Positions 19,901 to 26,757 of a stretch of 41,908 bases of DNA are shown one piece after another. This stretch comes from a virus. The position numbers and the translations under genes were made by a program. The stretch lies in IMG/VR virus record IMGVR_UViG_3300024265_000023, positions 1 through 41,908 of that record; one strand, given 5' to 3'. Positions within the stretch are counted from its first letter, which is position 1. The number at the start of each line of letters is the position of its first letter. A model generated the notes under the pieces. It was given only the letters and a program-made list of their open reading frames with translations, was not told where the DNA came from and ran no database searches.

Positions 19901-20603
19901 CTTTCGCTTCTCTCAGTGACCAATCTTGAAGCCATTCAAACAGGCCTCCTTTCTCAAGACCTGTTAAATTCTCAATAGCCTGGGCGCCTTCAGCAAGAAC
20001 ACCAGCGCTGAATGCCGTGGCATTGGTACCGGCCCTGCCAAGTGTGTAGGCTGCCCGGGGGAGAAATCTTGCAATAGCCTTACCGGCATTAACTATTGTT
20101 TCATCAAAAGTGGGGGATCTCGTTATCCCTTCATCTGATATTGAAAGAACATCCTGAACAACCGGACCATCTTCAATCTTTTGGATCCCTGAATAATATT
20201 CATTCTCAACATTTGATAATCCTTCGTGATCATCCCGGCTGATTGAAGTGTTGCCGGGACTGCCAAGGAATTCAGTTGTTGCAGGATTATTAATACTCAA
20301 ATCATTGAAATCAGGTTCTTCAGCTCTTTTTTTGTAAGACTGTTCATTTTCCCTGACAACCTGCCTGGGGATGCCAAGCTGATTTGATACTTTTTGACCT
20401 TCAGCCTCTTTATCAGGATTTAAATTTGTGGTTGCGTTATAACTTGCCCGGGCATTGTCTTTGTTGATATCAAAGCCGATTGTTTTGGAAAAAGATTCAA
20501 AGGGAATATCTTGGTACTCTTTTTTCCATAATCCCTCTGCAAGTTCCCTGTCTGTAAGATCTGAATATTCTGGATACCGTTCTCTTATTTGGGTAATATT
20601 CAT
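13941..20603 (-). CDS. Giant polyvalent (probably ejected or internal virion) protein, 2220 aa, with an ART-like domain and an HExxH metallopeptidase domain
   Basis: Uninterrupted ORF. VVFHGTAERFEAF...GGTFWFTND...YVAFNPEQIKSA (about 17679-18032). LLHETGHLFLNEM (HExxH at 17535-17549) followed by EKFARGFEAYLFEGKAPS. Hydrophobic C-terminal segments. Confidence 0.6.
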   Translation of the reverse strand: MNITQIRERYPEYSDLTDRELAEGLWKKEYQDIPFESFSKTIGFDINKDNARASYNATTNLNPDKEAEGQKVSNQLGIPRQVVRENEQSYKKRAEEPDFNDLSINNPATTEFLGSPGNTSISRDDHEGLSNVENEYYSGIQKIEDGPVVQDVLSISDEGITRSPTFDETIVNAGKAIARFLPRAAYTLGRAGTNATAFSAGVLAEGAQAIENLTGLEKGGLFEWLQDWSLREAKAQGQVLQGDDEFLGFNLGLSEDIKGLRLIDNPQLLANPEWLIQNTGDALSSMIPIFATAYATGGSTAVAGLVGGLQEGTALFNEMMEEKEVSRVTALNAAISFGGVSAYLNRIGLDAILDKTPVKNLKSRIFRSFVKGGVEAATEWAEEPTQALIKALAEEDTPQEIIDQVIEGARNIDVIPGAFILGGGTAFVSQKKEIEDFETNKKNAADFKDLHSRVGTAMDNSKTKERSPENSEKFLNILGLGETGFISSDGAQVLFQENPEVVTEIMEKLGVDPEEAIEEISSGHDIPVTMSKVHARLSPEERNFIIDDLKQAPGAMSQRQVDEIDIEGSLADIADRFSDAIEDETGFQTELTRIKDEAAAAGVIPEQVEEFGTLIERFSERLALEGQNRVDTVSRIRLRGQALEAFEKGSEFIPAPRKKPRPGVTTLRGRIKQFGGIAPLNFKGEVKSLSVGAKFLFKKGGFPIDLAEEQLKREGWLQQDEDLLEVLRTQPDALKRGVTGVIPEIEARIQEEEEFEAEEPPAGNYVNIKAIDIEQGSKVTILSGKGASGWDVYEIESVDDGVVTFRGLEGTFEANEDQEIEVLETDLSESELGKIVEPFDLFQAEPIQPETEEFKAFFKDSKVVDDEGNPEVVFHGTAERFEAFDPERSIGGTFWFTNDKSKIEGGEVGAQGKGVIVDAFISIQNPAGWKEYDKFGIDELIGRGFDGLKLVDDDQITYVAFNPEQIKSASENIGTFDPTDPNIFRQEKEKKVKGAITITPEENIITIFKGKADLSTLLHETGHLFLNEMQSVVDIGTASEQFINDNNTIKEWLGFEKGQESFTTEQQEKFARGFEAYLFEGKAPSKDLENSFERFRKWLLSVYKSINALDVELNDEIRQVFDRMLVAEVETDLAVQENQMEMPSKATMDSLGIVPEDREFMKRLLKDAIFKAEQQLVKDRNKDNRSKRKAWKEKGREIALKRPEYQKLLAMSKGKGLNKQQMDYIYGKENIDKIPKTVPRVVRKDGQNLPEAALDFGYDTVDAMVEDLASVVPMQAFIDNYVQRQQMENDEKFQPNDYLIGTKEYGEFLSIMAKYENRGVTDVAPAKTFKIFAKKLFADYQIKKAIRTNSYLASLKKYSRIERKKAQQGKFGEASEANEKVRLNYELSGLSIKQRKLVEQLIKRSSRIIKSKTIKNEYKQQAVRVMQRFGLTKRNLVLDQDRPAIGEFFAKLTEGVDIEMWEMVPTYSDMFMLDVFETNYKNLTVDQFTELDDLIRYFEKRGRRVKKDRLSDGKTLVQEKVTELVQPMRARKRTKKIFPEDSILEKLTTATRRFFATQESLPFISRRLDGFVSIKGKIGPNEEAINNRLFDADNEFIDLVQEFSDKLNPIAEYFSKRVNDFPKRIVDTGVPVPENMKRGKERFWTFERILAIALNRGNSQNLQRITGGYLITNNDVDALTSILNEQDWKNVQEIWDIVNSLWPQLDAAFFRINDFHQKKVEAEEFITPTGLKLKGGYYPILFDRSLSTQIGEWTEKEDFMNSSEAMFQPANPKNGMLQSRATGKVSLPVKLDLNVLFTHVNTSIRYITHSEAVNDVNKIIRSEQYQDAVEKAEGQALYEMMRPALAEIARPNAIRLEHMDTIALREAQRATSYTLGLSRSVALKQPFSIFGFLNDVGDGNSANGVFWYMRGIGKVLVSPWDAYNGMRAASPFMRTRSDNVDRDLRRNIGLIKPGKKSFRGQTWDDVQNAMFMFIRAMDFATVFPSWQGAYQKGMKINNGDMAKAVRYADSQIRNSQPSSQEIDLNHLQRSRKGWHRFFTLFSTFTAKMGARQRYHYNAWKNGSISFARYTSIVTMEQVAPPIMMNLMFALMWGEEPDPEDVVLDVITYQFIGIFLIREFAGAVAGIFKGFQRDPFDSPVLIGSKLAIKLINDTIKWIEDLDDDEKLERSLLALLEMLAYGVRTPFPKIIREIDQGIEQYENGDGTAINVLVRNPKIRKKR

Positions 20604-22225
20604 TATTTACCTATCAATTTGCGGATACCAAGAGAATCCGTCTTGACTTTCTTGATACCTGTTCTTGGTAAAATAATTGTTCCATCAGGTCCGAGCTCAC
20701 CTGGTTCTTCAACTTCTCCTATTTCATCAAAGCCACCTGCAACACCTTTTCTGATTGCCAGGGCCCTGGTAGATTTAAGATCAAAGAAAGCAAATCCACC
20801 ATCAGGGGTAACGCCTTCAGCCTGAAACCATTCATCTGACCATTTTTTATAATCGTCAGTGGTAGCCTTCTTTCCTGGTTCAAGCTGCTGTTTTAAATAA
20901 TTCCAATATGTTCCATAAGCTTCCGGCCTTTCTTCCGGTTTTCGCTCTGTAAAGAATTTAAACCATCTGTCGGCATCGGCCTTGCTCATGCCTCCAATGT
21001 TCCCACCATTTTTTGAATATCTTAAAACCTCTTCCATATCTGATTGAGAAAGGAAGGGTTGATATGTCCGGATTAATTCAGCGTCAGATATTGGTGCATC
21101 CTGTTGCAATCCAAGATCAATTCTTTTCTGAGCATCAATAAATTGATTAAAATCTGTTTTAACCGGTTTTGCTGTTTCCGGATAATAATAATTTGAAAGC
21201 CTTATCAATTCTTTTCTTGTTGCAGGATCTCTGGTTTTATCGACAAGCCTCAAGAATTCAGTTTTTGTCCCGCCTGAACGAAATATATCAACCGCGGAGT
21301 TTGTAATATCATCATTCTGTTGCCGCTTCTTATGGTCTGCAATTCGTTTATTATCCTGCTGATAGGTCCTAACCCTTGAAAGAGTTGCATCCCTTACATC
21401 TGAATCAGTTATGCCCCTTGCTTCTTTGAGTTGTTCCCCTTCTCCCTGGACAGTGGCCATTATCCTATCAGATTCAGTCTGTGATTTTTCAACAACATCC
21501 TGTTTATCAACAAGATCTTTCAATGGTAAATAAGCGCCCTTTAATTCATCCTTTGAACTTTCAAGCAATTCACTGGCTTTATCCACATTCCCATTTTCAG
21601 CCATCATCTTAATTCTTAATGATCGAATTGATGCAATCTCTTTTTGCTCGGCTTCTGTCGTATCAAGTCCTGGGAAAGTCGTTTCAAAGGAAAGCCTCAA
21701 TCCATTCTCAACATCTTCCATCTTTGAATCATTATTAAAGAAAAACATGGTATCGGCCTGTGCGTTTGATATCTCTCCCTGGTGGACACTCAAGGAATAA
21801 GCATTTGCCTGGGTTGCCTCATGTGCTGACAGGCTGTCAAGATCGCTTTCTTTTCTTCTGTCTGATAATACCCTGAAACCATTTTGTTGATCTATATTAT
21901 CAAGATCATCCGATATTTCAGAAACATTTTCATCATACCAGGTATTATATTGCTGTTGTACTGAATTGACTCCGATTGCATCATTGCCTTTTAAAGAATT
22001 CAGCCGGCCGTATTCTTGCCTGGCCCTTTCCCGGAAATCATTAAATGCTGATTTTGTTCTAGTTTGATCATGCTGTACGATAATGTTGTTTGCAGTTTCA
22101 CGGAATACAACAGATGCTTCCTGGGTTGCACCTTCTATTGCTGCACCGGTCTGCTGAGATTGACGACCCAAAGATGGCGTGGTTATCGTACTGGTTCTTT
22201 TAGGAACTTGTATTTTTGCTGCCAT
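20603..22225 (-). CDS. Internal virion/tail-associated protein (540 aa), function unknown
   Basis: ORF track. TAATG overlap with the giant gene. Charged, helix-rich composition. Confidence 0.5.
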   Translation of the reverse strand: MAAKIQVPKRTSTITTPSLGRQSQQTGAAIEGATQEASVVFRETANNIIVQHDQTRTKSAFNDFRERARQEYGRLNSLKGNDAIGVNSVQQQYNTWYDENVSEISDDLDNIDQQNGFRVLSDRRKESDLDSLSAHEATQANAYSLSVHQGEISNAQADTMFFFNNDSKMEDVENGLRLSFETTFPGLDTTEAEQKEIASIRSLRIKMMAENGNVDKASELLESSKDELKGAYLPLKDLVDKQDVVEKSQTESDRIMATVQGEGEQLKEARGITDSDVRDATLSRVRTYQQDNKRIADHKKRQQNDDITNSAVDIFRSGGTKTEFLRLVDKTRDPATRKELIRLSNYYYPETAKPVKTDFNQFIDAQKRIDLGLQQDAPISDAELIRTYQPFLSQSDMEEVLRYSKNGGNIGGMSKADADRWFKFFTERKPEERPEAYGTYWNYLKQQLEPGKKATTDDYKKWSDEWFQAEGVTPDGGFAFFDLKSTRALAIRKGVAGGFDEIGEVEEPGELGPDGTIILPRTGIKKVKTDSLGIRKLIGK

Positions 22226-22742
22226 TTGAAGAGTCCCTTTTTTTAAATATGGAAAAACCTTTTGATTCTGGAAGTTTTGATAATGCAGTCAATATCTTTG
22301 TTCCGGTTGCACCCCTTGATTCAAGGCTTTCAAGCTCAAACGCCTGGGCTTCAAAGCTTGTTCTTAACTTTTCAATGCCACCGCTTACTCTAATGACTGC
22401 AGATTCCTGGGCAAATGTGGTTATGATATCCCGTTCAATATCAAAGTTTGTTTCAGAGGCAACAGAGAAACCGGAAGCCCCTGATATAGCCCGGGCATTT
22501 CCTAAAACCCTGGATTCTTCTTCATCAAGTATTTTAAGCTGTTGATCTATCTTTAAATCAATGAACTGGCCTTCATATCTTGCCATGACAGCGTTGTGAT
22601 CTGATATTGCCCTGTCCAGCTTACCGGCTTCAAAGATACTCACGATAGAACCAAGATCAGCAACAATGCTTGCATAGCCTGATATAGTTGAAAGATTTTT
22701 TGATAAATTACTGCCAGGTGTAAATTTATGTCCCTTTGGCAT
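22200..22742 (-). CDS. Virion-module protein (180 aa), function unknown
   Basis: ORF track. Lies between tail genes. Confidence 0.5.
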   Translation of the reverse strand: MPKGHKFTPGSNLSKNLSTISGYASIVADLGSIVSIFEAGKLDRAISDHNAVMARYEGQFIDLKIDQQLKILDEEESRVLGNARAISGASGFSVASETNFDIERDIITTFAQESAVIRVSGGIEKLRTSFEAQAFELESLESRGATGTKILTALSKLPESKGFSIFKKRDSSNGSKNTSS

Positions 22743-22747
22743 TATTG

Positions 22748-25009
22748 TTATTCCCCCTCAAAATCCATAGTTAAAGAAAGAACTGTTAAGGGCAATGGTT
22801 GATCCTGCCTGATATAAACTGAAGGGTCCCTAGAGTATTCCCCATCAAAAGATATATCATGCGTGAACCCATCAAATAAATCACCTGCCAGGCCCAATGG
22901 CACCTGATCTGAGATAAAGTCGTAATCAGAAAGATTATCTTCATTCGGACCGGTCTTCATACCAAGGGTTTTATAAAGCTGGACAATTATATTTGTGATT
23001 CTCATATTCTCTGCGAAATTATCACCACCTTGATTCTGAACATATGGAGGCAATGTCCTGATTTGTGAAAAATAGAACAGCCCGGCATGAACAACACTCG
23101 CGCCTGAATCAAGTGTTATCTGACTATTTTCAACAGTCTTTTCAGCAACCGGCGCCCCGTCTGCAAGGATTGTCAATTCTTCACCTTCAAGATGAGCCAG
23201 GCCTGTTAAAACTGTTTGATTCAGTGCTGATGTTGCGGATTCAATTTGTTTGTATTCCACAAAGGAAACCGGAGTTCCACCATCGGTCAATTCAAATGTA
23301 TTGGCAGCAGCATTGGCCACCGTTAAAGTTTCACCATTTAAAGTTTGAAAATCCTCTTCACCTGAGATATCAAGATCAATTGATCTGAAAGTTACCACAT
23401 CACCATTACTGTAAGGATGCCCCGTAAAATTGACAATTCCAGGGTCAGTATGATCAATAGATTCAATATCAAGCCTGTTATCGAGAGAAAGACCACTATC
23501 AACATAAAAAGCGTCGAGAGTATCATCGCCTTTAAATATATCATGAATCTTTTCAATATATCTTACCTCTGAGCTATCAATCGTTCTTTTGATGGAAAGC
23601 CATACCTCATCCTGTGTGGAACCCGGGATTGATGCAACAGATTCAACAATACCATCGCCACCTATTTCATGCCGGTGCCATCCAAAAACTTCATGCTCTG
23701 GGTAATATGTCAGGCCCAATAAAAACCCATCATCCCGGACACACCATAAAATTTTATATGGTTCTCTTTGGAATGATAGCTGTGTTATCGTGTTGGTCCT
23801 GGTTAAGTGTTCTGCAAGGACTGTCAGGTCTTCACCTTCAAGCCTGTCAGCAGTGAAAGAATGGATCAACTCCCTTAAAACTTTATTTTGTCTTTGAAGA
23901 TAAAGAAGAGTGCCGCCAATAGGCTCCGGGAATACGTCGCTTGTTCCATTGAAAGATCCGGGCACGGCCTGCTTACTCAATGCTGTGATAGGACCGTCAC
24001 CGGAAGAACTTGTCAACCAGTATTCTGATCCTGTTGTTCCAACAATGAATTTCCTGGTTGAATCAATCCACTGGATAGCATTCGCCTGCTTTGCTGCAAT
24101 ATCAAGATTCAAGGCATCATCAGCAACTAATGGAGAAGAAACACCGTGATCATTATAAATTCCAACCTTTGAACCCCACAACCGCATGGGGAAAGAAGGG
24201 CTTGATGCCCACCACAACCTTTCATTATCAAAAGTCAGGGTTGACGGAAAGTCATTTGCTCCCCATTCTGCCGGCTCAGCTGTAAAAGAAATATCAGCAA
24301 GAGCCCACGAGGTATCGCCTGATCTTGTCAACGTAGCAGGCGCATGATCTGAATGAGCAATGTAAATGACATCATTAATAGATGCAAGATCAATATCAAA
24401 TAATTCTGATTCAATGTATGTGGTGGTTACCTGGAAGGGTTTATCTGATATCCCGCCACTGATATAAGTTGTGAATCCAATTCCATTAATGCCTGATAAT
24501 TCAAAGTCAGCACCTGATACATTTGCAACTGTATATTCCTGTTCATTGAGTTCGGTCATTCCCAAAACACCGGAAATCCTGACAACCTCACCATTCACAA
24601 AAGTATTTGTTGCCGTTATGACAACCGGGTTTGTTTTTGACGCTCCGGTGACAGTGGCAGTCTTTTCAATTATCTGGCCGCCATCCTTATAAAACCTGAT
24701 ATAATTATTACCCCATTCCAGGATATAGGCCTGGACCTTGGAATATTCATATCCATAAAGCCTTACTTCTTTGCTGTGATCTTTTACCCGGGCAATAAAC
24801 TCTGTACCGTCACGTCTGGAAGCCGGACCATGGGGAAGGGCAGTGAAATTATAAAGTTCTTTGACACCATTGGCGTATTTTTCAAGCCTTGGCCGGCCGT
24901 ATATTTGCTCGGATAATTCCCCGGCATTAAACGATGTCTGGGTAACAGCAAAAAGAAAGGATGGTATTAATAAGGAAAGGACTATTAAAAACGAAAGTAT
25001 TTTTTTCAT
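22748..25009 (-). CDS. Putative tail tubular/nozzle protein (gp12-like by size and position) with an N-terminal signal-like segment
   Basis: 753 aa from ATG 25009, which overlaps the upstream stop (ATGA). MKKILSFLIVLSLLIPSFLFA, then TSFNAGELSEQIYGRPRLEKYANG, which from memory resembles podovirus tail proteins. Confidence 0.45.
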   Translation of the reverse strand: MKKILSFLIVLSLLIPSFLFAVTQTSFNAGELSEQIYGRPRLEKYANGVKELYNFTALPHGPASRRDGTEFIARVKDHSKEVRLYGYEYSKVQAYILEWGNNYIRFYKDGGQIIEKTATVTGASKTNPVVITATNTFVNGEVVRISGVLGMTELNEQEYTVANVSGADFELSGINGIGFTTYISGGISDKPFQVTTTYIESELFDIDLASINDVIYIAHSDHAPATLTRSGDTSWALADISFTAEPAEWGANDFPSTLTFDNERLWWASSPSFPMRLWGSKVGIYNDHGVSSPLVADDALNLDIAAKQANAIQWIDSTRKFIVGTTGSEYWLTSSSGDGPITALSKQAVPGSFNGTSDVFPEPIGGTLLYLQRQNKVLRELIHSFTADRLEGEDLTVLAEHLTRTNTITQLSFQREPYKILWCVRDDGFLLGLTYYPEHEVFGWHRHEIGGDGIVESVASIPGSTQDEVWLSIKRTIDSSEVRYIEKIHDIFKGDDTLDAFYVDSGLSLDNRLDIESIDHTDPGIVNFTGHPYSNGDVVTFRSIDLDISGEEDFQTLNGETLTVANAAANTFELTDGGTPVSFVEYKQIESATSALNQTVLTGLAHLEGEELTILADGAPVAEKTVENSQITLDSGASVVHAGLFYFSQIRTLPPYVQNQGGDNFAENMRITNIIVQLYKTLGMKTGPNEDNLSDYDFISDQVPLGLAGDLFDGFTHDISFDGEYSRDPSVYIRQDQPLPLTVLSLTMDFEGE

Positions 25010-25617
25010 GTTGATTGTGTCCCTATTATCCTGCTTTGCAACCAAGTATCATTTTCATCCGTGTGGGCACCCTTCTCTGTCTCTGTTGGGTTGCTCTCTT
25101 CTGCATCAAGACCCTTCGATTCCTCAAGAGTCAGTAGATAAATTTGATACCAATCTACAACTTTGGTCCCTTTCTTCGCTAATGGAACCTGCCATTTTGA
25201 TCTAAGCCTTGCAACAACAACGTTCTGAAACCATTCAGGCCACTTTGTGGTATCAACAATCCTTCTGATATACTCAATCTTGACAGTTTCTTGGTTTATA
25301 AAAAGGCTGTTATCCCTGATTTCATAATTAGTCCCGATAGACTTTTCAGTCTCTTCTTTAGACATTTTAATGTAATCAGAAGGAAGGGCAAATTTAAATT
25401 CCCATTTAGGATCAATAATATCATCTGACTCCAGGGCAAGGGATGCCCAATGCTTTGCAAATCCCCAATTAAACTTCCCAAGAAGCCTGTCACGGTTGCT
25501 ATCCCAATAATCTTGAGCAAGCTTTGCTTCTTTTGATGTCTGATTATCAAAATCCGACACTGGCTGGCCGCCAAGATCTCTAAAAGCAATAGTTGCTATT
25601 TCGTTTTTACTTGCCAT
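25006..25617 (-). CDS. Putative tail adaptor/tubular protein A-like (203 aa)
   Basis: Size and position directly upstream of the 753-aa gene. The N-terminus IATIAFRDLGGQPVSDFDNQTSKEAKLAQDYWDSNRDRLLGKFNWGFA resembles that family from memory. Confidence 0.4.
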   Translation of the reverse strand: MASKNEIATIAFRDLGGQPVSDFDNQTSKEAKLAQDYWDSNRDRLLGKFNWGFAKHWASLALESDDIIDPKWEFKFALPSDYIKMSKEETEKSIGTNYEIRDNSLFINQETVKIEYIRRIVDTTKWPEWFQNVVVARLRSKWQVPLAKKGTKVVDWYQIYLLTLEESKGLDAEESNPTETEKGAHTDENDTWLQSRIIGTQST

Positions 25618-25647
25618 GGTATCTCACCTCATACAATAGCAGAAGGG

Positions 25648-26226
25648 TTAAATGGTTTCAGCTTTTAAAATCTCTTGTACCTGAACTTCCTTTGTCTTGC
25701 CCTGGTATGAAACTCCAAATAGTTTTGTTAACTCACCTTGCTTGACTTTGTCAATTTCATCAGGTGTCCATTCAGACAATGGTTTTTGTTCTGCACCTTC
25801 GACGGTTGTTTCGTCCTGGGCAGTATTTATTCCATCAAGATCATCAGGATCACTTGTACCGGTATCAACAGTTTCAACAGTTTCAACAGGATCAACAAGA
25901 GTCTTGGGTTTTGGGGTAGTCTTGGTCTTTTTCTGACCCTTCTTTTTAAGCTTCAGTTCCAAGGCAAATGCTTCTTTGCGGCCGGTGGTATCTTCATCAA
26001 GATCAATACCATATTTCTCTTTAATATCTTTGATGATCTTCACAGTAGGTCGAGGGTCATCACCGGCAACCGTTATTTTGATTTCCTTGGGCATTGTAAA
26101 CGGCTTGCCTTTAGTATCAGCAAAATGTTTATTGGGCTTGTGCCCGGATATAAGGGGCATCCCAACCTTGTAAAGATGATTTTGAGTATAACACTCTCTT
26201 ATACACACATAATTTGTATAATCCAT
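25648..26226 (-). CDS. Hypothetical virion-module protein (192 aa) with a K/T/P-rich and acidic linker
   Basis: ORF track. Confidence 0.5.
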   Translation of the reverse strand: MDYTNYVCIRECYTQNHLYKVGMPLISGHKPNKHFADTKGKPFTMPKEIKITVAGDDPRPTVKIIKDIKEKYGIDLDEDTTGRKEAFALELKLKKKGQKKTKTTPKPKTLVDPVETVETVDTGTSDPDDLDGINTAQDETTVEGAEQKPLSEWTPDEIDKVKQGELTKLFGVSYQGKTKEVQVQEILKAETI

Positions 26227-26237
26227 AATTTCTCCTT

Positions 26238-26708
26238 TTAAAGTTTATTCCAGTTTTTTGTTAAAAAAATAACAATGCCCTTTCCGGGATCATAATCAGG
26301 ATATATCTTTTTAAATTCCATCCTGGCTTTTTTATATGATTTATCACTGATTACCGGCAAGCATTTAGACATAAATAAAAGAGCAAGTGAAGGCGCTCTT
26401 GATTTTCCCTGGTTGCAATGGATAAAAATTTTCTGGCCTGAAGCATAATGTTTCTTTGAAAATTTCAGGAATTCAACAAATATTTCTAATTTAAATAACG
26501 GAATGGGGGGATCAATGATATTTAAATATAAATCATTATCCTCTTCCAGGAAAAGATAATCAGTATCCTCTTTGTCTAAATTTCCCGTGTATCCAACAGC
26601 TTCCTGATGGCATGGAATTTTACATGCATGAATAACTGCCATTTCAGGTGTGCCATCCTGGCATTCTCCATCATCGGATATATAGATATTTGTATATACT
26701 TTTTCCAA
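26238..26708 (-). CDS. Cys-based protein tyrosine/dual-specificity phosphatase
   Basis: Signature HCNQGKSRAP (C-X5-R, 26391-26420). Candidate acid-loop Asp in NIIDPP about 30 aa upstream. TTG start behind AGGAGG. Confidence 0.7.
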   Translation of the reverse strand: MEKVYTNIYISDDGECQDGTPEMAVIHACKIPCHQEAVGYTGNLDKEDTDYLFLEEDNDLYLNIIDPPIPLFKLEIFVEFLKFSKKHYASGQKIFIHCNQGKSRAPSLALLFMSKCLPVISDKSYKKARMEFKKIYPDYDPGKGIVIFLTKNWNKL

Positions 26709-26757
26709 ATTCCTCCTTTTTTATTTAAAATACATTCAACTTAATACAATAAAAAGA

